Assembly (NCBI GenBank): GCA_002269645.1
Contig: NIVC01000042.1
Coordinates: 1-64,000, forward strand
Reading direction: 5' to 3'
Source of the DNA: Macrostomum lignano
Lineage: Eukaryota
Length of the DNA: 64,000 nt
Positions 33,799 through 47,200 of the stretch are shown one piece after another; the first letter of the stretch is position 1, and each line of letters begins with the position of its first letter. Both the position numbers and the translations under genes were made by a program. The notes under the pieces were generated by a model. The model saw nothing but the letters and a program-made list of their open reading frames with translations. It did no database searches and was not told where the DNA came from.

Positions 33799-36700
33799 TC
33801 CATATACTAAAAATGGTCTGTCGGTATGTGTGTGTGTGTATGTGTGTGTGTGTGATCGATTTTAGCAAAAACGGCTCAACCGATTTTCTTCGAACTTGCA
33901 CTGTTCGATCAGAAATTTTCCCGTGACAGTACATGCATCGTGGCTAAGAAATTGCTTGATGCTAAAGGGATTAAATATTCGAAAAACATGCTTTTTTGCA
34001 AAGGTCAAGCAGCTCTTTCGACTTGAAATGCATCGTAAGAATGCTAGCAGAAAAACTGACTGGTTGAATTCTGATTCTGAAATAGATTGCATCACAATAC
34101 ACTTTATTTATCGTCTGTGTACTGGCTGAATTTGACACTCAATTGAATTGCGTCACAGCTTTGAGTGTGAAAGCATAGCGCAGTACTGAATTTATATTAC
34201 GTAACCATATTGTAAACTTTCATAGACACTGGTACTGACTTGCCTAAGAAATTGATTATGTCATAACTGCTTCGTTAGACTTTTTACTCTACCTGACTTG
34301 GTGTGAGTGTTGAATTATATAAGTGGTACAACATCACTGATAACTTCAATGAGAGCTAGCCTAGAGCTGAACAGACCAGACTGCTAATGCAGCGACCTAG
34401 ATTCGAATCTAAGTAGTTTAAAAGTAGTAGTGTAAATTTTTTTATTAAAAGGTTTTATTAAAGGACTAAATAAAAACACTTAGATTACTGCACTCGATAA
34501 GCCAAGGATTATTGCTATTAATAAACCAAGGACTACTGCACTCGATAAACCAAGGACTATTGCTCTTGGCAAACCAAGGATTACTGCACTCAAGAAGCCA
34601 AGGATTATTGCTATTAATAAACCAAGGATTACTGCACTTGGAAAACCAAGGATTACTGCACTCGATAAACCAAGGACTATTGCTCTTGGCAAACCAAGGA
34701 TTACTGCACTCAGGAAGCCAAGGATTATTGCACTTGGAAAACCAAGGATTACTGCACTCGATAAACCAAGGACTATTGCTCTTGGCAAACCAAGGATTAC
34801 TGCACTCAAGAAGCCAAGGATTATTGCTATTAATAAACCAAGGATTACTGCACTTGGAAAACCAAGGATTACTGCACTCGATAAACCAAGGACTATTGCT
34901 CTTGGCAAACCAAGGATTACTGCACTCAAGAAGCCAAGGATTATTGCACTTGGAAAACCAAGGATTACTGCACTCGATAAACCAAGGACTATTGCACTTG
35001 ATAAACCAAGGAATATTGCACTTGATAGGCCAAGGATTACTGCACTTGATAAACCAAGGATTATTGCACTTGATAGGCCAAAGATTACTGCGCTTGATAA
35101 ACCAAGGATTATTGCACTTGATAAACCAAGGATTATTGCACTTGATAAGCCAAGGATTACGGCGCTTGATAAACCAAGGATTATTGCACTTGATAAACAA
35201 AGGATTATTGCACTTGATAAACAAAGGATTATTGCACTTGATAAACAAAGGATTATTGCACTTGATAAACAAAGGATTATTGCACTTGATAAGCCAAGGA
35301 TTATTGCACTTGATAAGCCATGGATTATTGCACTTGATAGTAAAGAATGTTGCACTTGATAAGCCAAGGATTAATGCACTGGATTATTCAAGGATTATTG
35401 ATATTAATAAACCAAGGACTACTCCACTCGATAAACCAAGGATTATTGCACTTGATAGGCCAAGGATTACTGCACTTGATAAACCAAGGATTATTGCACT
35501 TGATAGGCCAAAAATTACTGCGCTTGATAAACCAAGGATTATTGCACTTGATAAACCAAGGATTATTGCACTTGATAAGCCAAGGATTATTGCACTTGAT
35601 AAACCAATGATTATTGCAGTTGATAAGCCAAGGATTATTGCATCTGATAAACCAAAGATTATTGCACTTGATAAACCAAGGATTATTGCACTTGATAAAC
35701 AAAGGATTATTGCACTTGATAGGCCAAAGATTACTGCGCTTGATAAACCAAGGATTATTGCACTTGATAAACCAAGGATTATTGCACTTGATAAGCCAAG
35801 GATTATTGCACTTGATAAACCAAGGATTATTGCAGTTGATAAGCCAAGGATTATTGCATCTGATAAACCAAGGATTATTGCACTTGATAAACCAAGGATT
35901 ATTGCACTTGATAAACCAAGGATTATTGCACTTGATAAACCAAGGATTATTGCTCTTGGCAAACCAAGGATTACTGCACTCGATAAGCCAAGGATTATTG
36001 CTCTTAATAAACCAAGGATTACTGCACTTGGAAAACTAAGGATTACTGCACTCGATAAACTAAGGATTATTGCTCTTGGCAAACCAAGGATTATTGCACT
36101 TGATAGGCCAAGGATTACTGCACTTGATAAACCAAGGATTATTGCACTTGATAAACCAAGGATTATTGCACTTGATAAGCCAAGGATTATTGCACTTGAT
36201 AGGCCAAGGATTACTGCGCTTGATAAACCAAGGATTATTGCACTTGATAAACCAAGGATTATTGCAGTTGATAAGCCAAGGATTATTGCACTTGATAAAC
36301 CAAGGATTATTACACTTGATAAACCAAGGATTATTGCACTTGATAAATTAAGGATTATTGCACTTGATAGGCCAAGGATTACTGCACTTGATAAACCAAG
36401 GATTATTGCACTTGATAGGCCAAAGATTACTGCGCTTGATAAACCAAGGATTATTGCAGTTGATAAGCCAAGGATTATTGCACTTGATAAACCAAGGATT
36501 ATTTCACTTGATAAACCAAGGATTATTGCACTTGATAAACAAATATTGCACTTGATAAACCAAGGATTATTGTACCTGATAAGCCAAGGATTACTGCGCT
36601 AGATAAACCAAGGATTATTGCACTTAATAAACCAAGGATTATTGCACTTAATAAACCAAGGATTATTGCACTTGATAAACCAAGGATTATTGCACTTGAT

Positions 36701-37641
36701 AAACAAAGGATTATTGCACTTGATAAACCAAGGATTATTGCACTTTATAAGCCAAAGATTACTGCACTTGATAAACCAAGGATTATTGCACTTGATAAAC
36801 CAAGGATTATTGCACTTGATTAATCAAGGATTATTGCTATTAATAAACCAAGGATTATTGCACTAGCTGAGAAGCTGATTACTGCGCTGTCTAAAAAAGA
36901 GATTATTGCGCTCGCTGAGACGTGGATTGTTGCACAACCTGAGAAAGCGATTATTGCATTAGCGGAAGTAACATTTGCACTAGCTACTTGCTGTCTCGTG
37001 GATGCTTGCTCTCGAGGGGGATACTTGCTATTTGGGAGAGGGGGTACTGGCTACATGCATGGGATTCTTTCTATCCAGGGATGCTTGCTATTCAGGGATT
37101 CTTGCTATCTGCAGGATGCTTGCTATTTAGGGATTCTTGCTATCTGCAGGATGCTTGCTATCTGGGTGGATGCTTCTATAATATCTGGGGGGTGCTTGCT
37201 ATCTGCAGAATGCTTCTATAATATCTGGGGGTGCTTGCTATCTGCAGAATGCTTGCTATCTGGGTGGATGCTTCTATAATATCTGGGGGGTGCTTGCTAA
37301 TCTGCAGATGCTTGCTATCTGTGGTGATTCTTGCTATGAGCATTAGAGGATGCTTGCTATCTGCGATTGTTCACTTTTGGAGGGGGTTGCTTGCTGTCTT
37401 GGGAATATTTTCTATTTAGGGAAACGATATTTTGTTGACTGTTTGTTAATTTTAGAGAAAAAGTGATTTTTTAATTTTGCAAACATCTTAGTCCGTGACA
37501 ATTTTACACGAATAAGGTGATTTTTAAAATGTGAAGAAGGAATTAGTGTTTAAGAAAATGTGTTTTTTTATTGTTTTCCATGAACTATTTTTGCTCCTTT
37601 CTTATTGGGCGCCCCGAAGGGGGGCCGCACTAGATTGCTAG
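33799..37641 (+). mobile_element. Non-autonomous Helitron, copy 2, head-to-tail with copy 1, carrying a 24-bp satellite
   Basis: Starts TCCATATACTAAAAATG immediately after the CTAG of copy 1; (TG)n; shared 5' region; 3' hairpin GCGCCCCGAAGGGGGGC and GATTGCTAG|T. Confidence 0.82.
34480..36950. repeat. 24-bp satellite (AAACCAAGGATTATTGCACTTGAT)
   Basis: Direct tandem array; explains the spurious 696-aa ORF. Confidence 0.95.
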
Positions 37642-38598
37642 TAATATACTAAATACAGGTATAATTTTATACAAATTTATAGCATCTATCTCTCTAAGAC
37701 TCAAAGATCTAGGATCTACACCTAGTACTAATGGTAATTGTTATTGTTTTGGTGATTATAAAAAATGATATAACTTTTTCTAGCTTAAAGCTTACTCACA
37801 TAATTGTTAATTTTAACTATTAATGTAATTGAAATTTCTTCCCTGACTATAAAAATAGCCATTTTGCTTCTTGCATATAGTAACCATAAAAATAATAGTT
37901 TCACTATATGGTTACATTAAGTAAAAGTCTCAAGTCCAAACAGTATCTTATGCATTGACTATAAAAAACTTTTTGCTATATATATGGTCACCATAACAAT
38001 AACTGCCAATACTACTTACTGCCAATAGGAAATAAATTAAATATATAGAACCAGGCTTATTGTTATCTACTCGTATTTAGACATTTAGAGTTATGGCCAT
38101 CTTGGTCATGCACTATCTAGTAGGCCTATTTATATTATTCTATCAAAGCTAATATTATTTGTTAAATGTGTAAAATAATGATTATTGAAGGAAAAACAAT
38201 TATTATATAATACTGAGCTTGTCAAAGGGATTTTTTCTAGAGGGGTGCTAATTTTGTTTGCCAATAGTTTGTCTATTGAGTAGAGGAAAATTTTTCTCTT
38301 TCTAAAACCATTCATCTGCTAGGAAATGAAGATGGGAATATAGAGTGAGATGGGAACTGCAAGGGTTAGTCTCTGAATATGACAATCTATATTAGTTTAT
38401 AGACATACCATTAGGAAAAAACAATTTTGAAGAGAAGCAAAATATGTTATATAACAACTCTAGTTTTGAAATGACTTATGTCTTGCATTTGAGAATTGTT
38501 GAATCAGAAAAACAATTTGTTGTTTTTATCTATAGAAAATGTTAAACAGTTTTAGTTCTACTGGTTTCTAATCAAGCTTATTACTCTTTCTATAGATG

Positions 38599-38644
<46 letters not shown>

Positions 38645-39388
38645 TGAAATTATTTGTTAAAATAATAGAACCAACAGCATTTTAAAAATATTAGTTTGCT
38701 ATTAGCATACATTTTTAAGCAGCTTTTTACCCCATTCCCCATCCTACCCAACTCCCTTTTCTGGCCCTATTTCCTAGCAAATGAATAGTTTTAGAAGAAA
38801 AGGGCTTTTTTTCTACTTAGAAGATAAACTGTCAGCAGACAAATGAACTGGAAACCTTCTAGAGTATGGCCTTAACCTAGCCTTATTTGTCCTTGTCCTA
38901 TCTTTGCTTTACCTTGCCCTAACCTATATTGTACCTTGCCACACCCTGCCTTGCCTTACTTTACTTGGCTCTGCCCTAGGTTAAATTTGCCATGAATTTT
39001 TAATGAAAAAAGCTATGTTCTTGACTATAGAGACACCTAGGGAGAAAAAAGACTTTTAGGCTGTTTTAGGGAATACATCTCTCCCAACGTCCCCCCTCTT
39101 TACACCCCTGTTACATGCACCCCACAAAGCCTCTATATTTGGCACTTGGGTCATTTAAAACTTCACAATAGCAATCTGGTCTGCTTAGGGTTTTTATATT
39201 CTCATCTCTCTTTAGTTCTCTCCTCTCTCTCCCTTTATCTCTCCTCTCCTCCATGCCTCCTCTCTTATTTTCTTTTTCATCTCACCTCCATCTCTTCTCT
39301 CTCCTCTATTCCCTCTTCCTCTCTAATTTGGCCCACAGCAATGATCTAGATTCTGTTTAATTATTTCCACATTTCATGTTTAAAAGTC

Positions 39389-39799
39389 ATGGCCTCCGGT
39401 GTAACTGTCGATGCCAGTCTCAAGGACGACTTTAATGCCATTAAGCTGGGCCACAAGTACGCCTACATGGTGTTCAAAATTGAAGGCGAATCGCAAATCA
39501 AAACCGAACGAGTGGCTGAGAACTCCACATACGAAGAGTTCATTGGTACTCTGCCGCCGAATGAGTGTCGCTACGTTGTGTACGACTACAAATACACCTT
39601 GGACGATGGCGCCAAGCGGGAGAAGCTGCTGTTTATCCACTGGGCTCCGGACAGCGCCAGGATTCGCGACAAGATGCTGTACGCCTCGTCCAAGGACGCT
39701 ATTAAAAAGGAGCTGAAAGGCATAGTGGAAATTCAGGCCAACGATATGTCCGAAGTTGATGAGGCCGCTATTAAAGAGAAGGTCAAGGCTTCCGGTTGA
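39389..39799 (+). CDS. CFL: ADF/cofilin, 136 aa, single coding exon
   Basis: MASGVTV..., ECRYVVYDY, KLLFIHWAPDSARIRDKMLYASSKDAIKKEL and IQANDMSEV are hallmark ADF-H motifs. Confidence 0.97.
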   Translation: MASGVTVDASLKDDFNAIKLGHKYAYMVFKIEGESQIKTERVAENSTYEEFIGTLPPNECRYVVYDYKYTLDDGAKREKLLFIHWAPDSARIRDKMLYASSKDAIKKELKGIVEIQANDMSEVDEAAIKEKVKASG

Positions 39800-39930
39800 A
39801 AGTTAATAACTGTGCACGCTTTACGTGTCATCAATTTACGCAAATAGGGGCTTTTTGTGCTTTGGGATTAGCGTTTTTGGGTAAGTTCATATGCAGAGGT
39901 AGTTAGGATGGATTCCTTAATCAATTGTAG

Positions 39931-40030
39931 AGGCTGGGCCAGCCTCTCCCAGATCCTCAGTTGCTGGGCCAGCCTCTCCCAGATCCTCAGTTGCTGGGCC
40001 AGCCTCTCCCAGATCCTCAGTTGCTGGGCC
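39931..40030. repeat. 30-bp minisatellite (GCTGGGCCAGCCTCTCCCAGATCCTCAGTT) x3, interrupted by a transposon
   Basis: The unit resumes at 43310 (GCCAGCCTCCCAGATCC). Confidence 0.85.
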
Positions 40031-42234
40031 CCCGGTTAAAAAAAAGACGGTCGCCAAAATGGCTTGCGACTGTTCATTCCGCGACCGTTGGTCGACCGTA
40101 TGTCGACCGTTCGTCGACCGTTGCCTGTCACGCGTCGACCGTTGATTTTCGACCGTCGTTTTCGTCGACCTTTGCGACTAACAATGCGACCGTTTGGGGA
40201 CCTACTCCTGCGACCGTCCATCGACCGTTCCCACGACCGTCCATCGACCATTCCCGCGACCGTCCATCGACCGTTCCCACGACCGTCTATCGACCGTTCC
40301 CACGACCGTCTATCGACCGTTCCCGCGCCCGTTCCTGCGACCGTCCATCGACCATTCCTGCGACCGTCCATCGATCATTCCTGCGACCGTCCATCGACCG
40401 TTCATCGACTGTTCCTGCGACCGTTCATCGACCGTTCCTGCGACTGTTCATCGACCGTTCATCGACCGTTCCTGCGACCGTCCATCGACTGTTCATCGAC
40501 CGTTCCTGCGACCGTTCATCGACCGTTCCTGCGACCGTTCATCGACCGTTCCTGCGACCGTTCATCGACCGTTCCTGCGACCGTCCATCGACTGTTCATC
40601 GACCGTTCCTGCGACCGTTCCTGCGACCGTTCCTGTGACCCGTCCTGCGACCGTTCGTCCTCCTTTCATCGACCGTTCAGCGACTGTTTGGATTGCTCCG
40701 GCGACCCTTCGTCGCCCTAGATCGTATTGTGTTCTAAAAGTCTAAAAATGAAAAAAAGCGTGTAAAGACGGAAACTTTCTTTCGCTACTAATTATTACTT
40801 TCGACAAATTGAAGATTTAACGCGTCGAAAATGTAGGAAGCGTAGACAGTGTAGACATTCTTCCCTGTTTATTTTCTACTTTTTGTTATCAATAATACCA
40901 AAAAACAAAAACATTTGCGTATATAAACGAAGCGCATAAAGGAACAAATGCCAAAGGAGTGACAGAGAAGTGGCCAGACGGAGGGGAGAGATGAAATTGT
41001 AAGATGGGTATTTTAGGTTAATGCAGTGCTAAATGCTAAACGCCCAGGCGCATGTGTCTCGCATTTTCGGAAACTGCACGTTCAAATTCGTGTGAGCAAG
41101 TAATTAATAGCTACATACTTCACGCTGCTCGCGAACATTTGTGACACTAATTATAACTACTGCTTTAACTGCTATAACTGCTACTGCTATAACTATAACT
41201 ATTGCTGCTGCTATTTTACCCACCACGGCTGCTCCGTGTTGGGCAAGTAGCATAAATTTTTAAATATCGAGCTGGTGCTAGATTTAATGTAGGTGGAGTA
41301 AGGGAAAGAAAAAACTGGTGCTCACATTGCCCAAGTAGGAAATTGCCACGAGCAAGTGTTAGTTTAAGTAGTAAAAAAATAATTCATTTTTTCAATAACT
41401 TGCCACACACTGAAGCTGCTGCACTTGTTGCCGTTTCGTTGTTGGTTTATTGTGCTGTTCTAGATGAATAAATACATTCGTCACATATATGGAATTCCAT
41501 CATCTATGGTAGTGTCACTGAAAGGTGTGGAATAATGGCCACATCGATTAATTATTGCTTCTGGCTAAAAGTATACATACAATGAGAGAACACAAGCGTC
41601 AGGTAAAATGCACAGGTTCGTATAATGGAACAACAAATGTAATTAAGTAGTTGGGCTCCGTAGTAGGATGGGATAAAGCTAGGATAGGCTTAGAAAACGA
41701 GGCACAGTTTGCCATGAATGAAAAATATACGAATATTTTGTTATGAAAGCAGAAAATGGCAGAAAGGCCCCTTAATTAGAGGCACAAAATGCAGAAAATA
41801 CTTTTATAAGGGATATAAGGCTTCAGTAAAAGGGACTTGCAGCATATTGGAAGTTTACCTGGAGCTGATTACACAAGTCTATTTTTATAGGATTAGTTTC
41901 ATTTTCAGGAAGTACTTCCAATAGACAGTATGCCTTTCTTAATCCCGTAAATATAAGGTAGCATAAAAAACATATAGTTAAAATCGTGACATGGGTCAGC
42001 TGGCGTTCTGCAGAAACAATTTTCAACGTGTCCCGATCCGATTTCGTTGCTTCCATTGCGAATAGACGACCTGATCATGTGCTTCTTTCCATACGTTGTT
42101 GGACATTAAGTCACTTGCACTTTTTCATTCTCTAAGTAGCTAAGTAAAGAAAGGGCAAAAACGATGAGTTGGTGAAGCCATCGTGGGGGGGGGCTTCTCA
42201 AGGCGGATTTTTCTGCAACTGTTTCCACCTGGCT

Positions 42235-42275
<41 letters not shown>

Positions 42276-42284
42276 CAGACAGAG

Positions 42285-42317
<33 letters not shown>

Positions 42318-42354
42318 GAGAGAGAGACAGAGAGGGAGAGAGAGAGATCCAGAG

Positions 42355-42405
<51 letters not shown>

Positions 42406-43309
42406 TAGATAGAGAGAGATCTGTAGAGGGATAGAGGCAGTTCTCCCTCCATCTGGATCTCTCTTTAATGTAACTGTAACTGTTTTTAACTTTTTTAACT
42501 CTTTAACTGTTTTTGGCTCACAGATGGTCACAAAAACCGTTACACAGAAAAGTTCTACAACAGTGGCAGCGGTAGAAATGGTCGAAGAACTGTACCACAA
42601 GGGGTCCAAAATGGTGTGAAAGTGTCTGAGGAGGGTGTGAAAATGGTTCGAAAAACAGCCGAGAGAGGGTCGAAAACGGTAGAAAAAACGGTCGACAAAA
42701 GCCCAAAAAACAGTCGAAGTGGAGGGACGGTGGACGGTGAAACCGTGGTGGGAAAAACGGTCGAAAGAGTGGTCGATAAAACAATCGACGGACGGTCGAC
42801 GAAACGGTCGACGGACGGTCGACAGAACAGTGGACAGAACGGTCGACAGATGGTCGCAGAGACGGTCGCCGAGATGGTCGACAAGACGGTCGACAGAACG
42901 GTCGGCAAGCCGGTCGGCAAAACGGTCGACAAAACGGTCGACAGACGGTCGACAGACGGTCGACAGACGGTCGCAGAGACGGTCGCAGACAAGGTCGCAG
43001 ACAAGGTCGCAGAGATGGTCGAAGTAACGGTCGCAGAGACGGTCGCAGAGACGGTCGCAGAAGAACGGTCGCAAAAACAGTCGACGGAACAGTCGCTACC
43101 AACGGTCGCATGCCACGGTCGCAAGAATTAGTCGCACAGTCGCACACATCGACCGTGCAGAATGGTCGACTACTCGGTCGTTCACATGGTCGCATCCGGC
43201 GACCGTGCTTAACGGGCGCTGGAATGGTCGCAATAATAGTCGACGCCGGCCATCACGGTCGCAGGACGGTCGAGGGCCCTGAAATGCGACCGTTATTTTT
43301 TTAACCGGG
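40031..43309. mobile_element. Non-autonomous EnSpm/CMC-like element, ~3.28 kb, with CGACCGT subterminal arrays
   Basis: TIRs CCCGGTTAAAAAAA..ACGGTCGC at both ends; 3-bp TSD GCC; ~0.7-0.8 kb inward-facing CGACCG(T) motif arrays; internal (GA)n at 42241-42420. Confidence 0.8.
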
Positions 43310-44409
43310 GCCAGCCTCCCAGATCCTGTTTCTGGGCCGCCCTCGCAGATTTCCAGATCCAGCTCAATCCCAAATAAGGTTCTTATTTTTACTCAAGAAG
43401 CCTACGTTGAGTAATTCTTGAATAACTCTCCATTATAAAACTAATTACGAGTACTCATTCACACTAATAATTTTAACTATATTTATTTTTGTACTTATCA
43501 ATTGTGTTTACCAGCGCTTGTTTAAATGGTTTAATAACAAATTATTTATACTACATTTTTATTAAATTAAATTTGAAGCATTAAGCAAAAAAGTATCCCA
43601 TTTGCGTCAAAGGTTACTTGATTATTGTACTGTATCGTACTAATACTAGTAATAAGATCAGGCTATCGCTATTCAACAAATTCCACAGCATTCACTAATT
43701 CCTAATAGTTTAAAGTTAATTAATTACTTAGCAATATATTATTTATACTGTTTTTATGGCCTGCTTGCTTTCGTTTCATATCCGGTTAAATTTTGATTCT
43801 TTCTTCCCGTTTTTTCTAGAAAAATTAAAACAAATTGATTATGTAACCGCCTATCCATGTCGGCTCATTGTTTTAAATATAGGAATTCTATGAAGTAACT
43901 AACCAGGTAATATTGATACATAATTAATCAATAGTTGCATGCTTCGTCAGAATCAAAAGCAATCAAGAAAATAATAATTTTGTCAGTTTACTTTTTTGCA
44001 TCCTAAATTACCTACTGTTAGTAGTTTCAAGTTATTAACCAACCCCATTCAATGCGCCAATCAATGCTTGCTCTGTGTACTCGTGTGTGTGTCTGTGTTC
44101 TCTGTGCGTGCCCCTTGCCTTGTTAAAACAGGCCATTCTAACTGCTTATCTCTTTACGTAAATAAACAACTTTTTCAATTGCCCTCACCTCCTAATTTGC
44201 TGAATCAAAGAAACAAAAAATGAAGTTTAATTTGAAAAAATCTATTATATAGTTAATCATTTGTCAAATGTATGTTTTGACTCAAATAAGCGACCATCTT
44301 CGTTTGTTTTTTATTTTATATGTTTAAGATTATCCTAATTGTAGGTTTTCGATTGTAAGCTTTTTTGTTTTATTATGGTTTAGAAGGCGCTTTCATATCT
44401 CCAAAATTT

Positions 44410-45830
44410 CATAGCTCCGACATTTCTTATCTCTGACAGCACCTCTTTTATAGCTCCGACATTTCTTATCGATCCGACGGCACCTCTTTTTATAGCTCCG
44501 ACATTTCTTATCGATCCGACAGCACCTCTTTTATAGCTCCGACATTTCTTATCGATCCGACAGCACCTCTTTTATAGCTCCGACATTTCTTATCTCTGAC
44601 AGCACCTCTTTTATAGCTCCGACATTTCTTATCGATCCGACAGCACCTCTTTTATAGCTCCGACATTTCTTATCGATCCGACAGCACCTCTTTCTATAGC
44701 TCCGACGTTTCTTATCGATCCGACGGCACCTCTTTTTATAGCTCCGACATTTCTTATCGATCCGACAGCACCTCTTTTATAGCTCCGACATTTCTTATCG
44801 ATCCGACAGCACCTCTTTTATAGCTCCGACATTTCTTATCTCCGACGGCACCTCTTTTATAGCTCCGACATTTCTTATCTCCGACAGCACCTCTTTTATA
44901 GCTCCGACATTTCTTATCTCCGACGGGACCTCTTTTATAGCTCCGACATTTCTTATCTCCGACAGGACCTCTTTTATAGCTCCGACATTTCTTATCTCCG
45001 ACGGGACCTCTTTTATAGCTCCGACATTTCTTATCTGCGACAGGACCTCTTTTATAGCTCCGATATTTCTTATCTCCGACAGCACCTCTTTTATAGCTCC
45101 GACATTTCTTATCTCCGACGGGACCTCTTTTATAGCTCCGACATTTCTTATCTGCGACAGCACCTCTTTTATAGCTCCGACGTTTCTTATCTCCGACAGC
45201 ACCTCTTTTTATAGCTCCGACATTTCTTATCGATCCTACAGCACCTCTTTCTATAGCTCCGACATTTCTTATCTGCGACAGCACCTCTTTTATAGCTCCG
45301 ACATTTCTTATCTGCGACAGGACCTCTTTTATAGCTCCGACATTTCTTATCTCCGACGGGACCTCTTTTATAGCTCCGACATTTCTTATCCGCGACAGGA
45401 CCTCTTTTATAGCTCCGACATTTCTTATCTCCGACGGGACCTCTTTTATAGCTCCGACATTTCTTATCCGCGACAGGACCTCTTTTATAGCTCCGACATT
45501 TCTTATCTCTGACAGCACCTCTTTCCATAGCTCCGACGTTTCTTATCGATCCGACGGCACCTCTTATAGCTCCAACGTTTCTTATCTCCGACAGCACCTC
45601 TTTTATAGCTCCGACATTTCTTATCGATCCGACAGCACCTCTTTTATAGCTCCGACATTTCTTATCTGCGACAGCACCTCTTTCTATAGCTCCGACATTT
45701 CTTATCTCCGACGGCACCTCTTTTATAGCTCCGACATTTCTTATCTCCTACGGGACCTCTTTTATAGCTCCGACATTTCTTATCTCCGACGGCACCTCTT
45801 TTATAGCTCCGACATTTCTTATCTCCTACA
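44410..45830. repeat. 39-41-bp minisatellite (TATAGCTCCGACATTTCTTATCTCCGACAGCACCTCTTT)
   Basis: Direct tandem array. Confidence 0.95.
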
Positions 45831-46436
45831 TTCCATCTCTCCGACACTTCATATCTCTGGCAAGCTTGTCGAAACATCTAGCTAAACTGATTTGTCGGAG
45901 ATATGAATCCCCCCCCCTGATTTTAGTGCGCCCATCAAAGGCTACAATAGTCAATAATTGCTTAATTAGCTCAGCCCGTATAGGCGGGGGTGGCTGGGTG
46001 GCTGCGCTAACCAAATCCGAGGGTAAATGTACAATGCAATGTACATTTATCAAGTTTTGTTTGCCTTCCAGATCAGCCAACCAATTGTATACGACAATTA
46101 TAGTTTCGTTGGTGGGTTGGAGGCTGAATCGCTAGAAATATGTACATACATAAGCGACGAGAACTTATATGTGCAGAAATTTGTCGTAATTGATAGCAGT
46201 ATAAATGACATCGTCAATGCTATTCATTTGGTATTTTGGTTAGCGTTGAATTTAAGTTAAAAAAAGTGTCAGACTCATTAGCTATTAATTTAGTCATTCA
46301 CTCTACCATATCTGTTCTGCAAGGGTTATACGTGTAAGCCTTCGGAATCTTTCAGTTTTATGTTTTTTTTTCTAATGTCTCGGCTAGCTCCTATTTTATT
46401 TAAAATAAAATAACGGTTACACATATTTTCAAACGA

Positions 46437-47030
46437 TCACTGGATCGCCAATAAACCAACCCATTGTATCACCAATAAACCAACCATTGTATCATCAATA
46501 AACCAACCCACTGTATCGCCCTTAAACCAACCCATTGGATCGCCCTTGAACCAACCCTTTGGATTGCCCAAAAACAAACCCGTTGGATTGCCAATAAACC
46601 AACCCATTGGATCGCCCATAAACCAACCCATTGGATCGCCCTTGAACCAACCCTTTGGATTGCCCAAAAACAAACCCTTTGGATTGCCCAAAAACAAACC
46701 CGTTAGATTGCCAATAAACCAACCCATTGGATCGCCCTTGAACCAACCCTTTGGATTGCCCAAAAACAAACCCTTTGGATTGCCCAAAAACAAACCCGTT
46801 GGATTGCCAATAAACCAACCCATTGGATCGCCCATAAACCAACCCATTGGATCGCCCTTGAACCAACCCTTTGGATTGCCCAAAAACAAACCCTTTGGAT
46901 TGCCCAAAAACAAACCCGTTAGATTGCCAATAAACCAACCCATTGTATCGCCCATAAACCAACCCATTGTATCGCCCATAAACCAACCCATTGTATCGCC
47001 CTTAAACCAACCCATTGGATCGCCAATAAA
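46437..47030. repeat. 24-bp minisatellite (AACCAACCCATTGGATCGCCCATA and variants)
   Basis: Direct tandem array. Confidence 0.93.
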
Positions 47031-47200
47031 CTAGTCCATGAAATCGTCAACCATTTGAGTATCCCTAAAGCAACGGCCATCATGTGTCATCTTATATCCT
47101 CATTTTAAAACTAATTACATAAGGCTTTGTTGCGCAATTCACCTAGCTGCCTAAATTAATATTTATTAATAATTTCTGGTTCCAGCTCCATCAATCAACA

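Noticed and set aside
34466-36866. Long ORFs of up to 696 aa (LINQGLLH / DKPRIIAL)
   Set aside because: Translations of a 24-bp satellite that lacks stops in several frames; no non-repeat coding context.
38190-38880. Diverged inverted repeat around a (TA)n tract
   Set aside because: Probably an old MITE, but ends and TSD could not be defined.
39961-46986. ORFs in the CGACCGT, (GA)n, 39-bp and 24-bp repeats
   Set aside because: Repeat translations, open on both strands.
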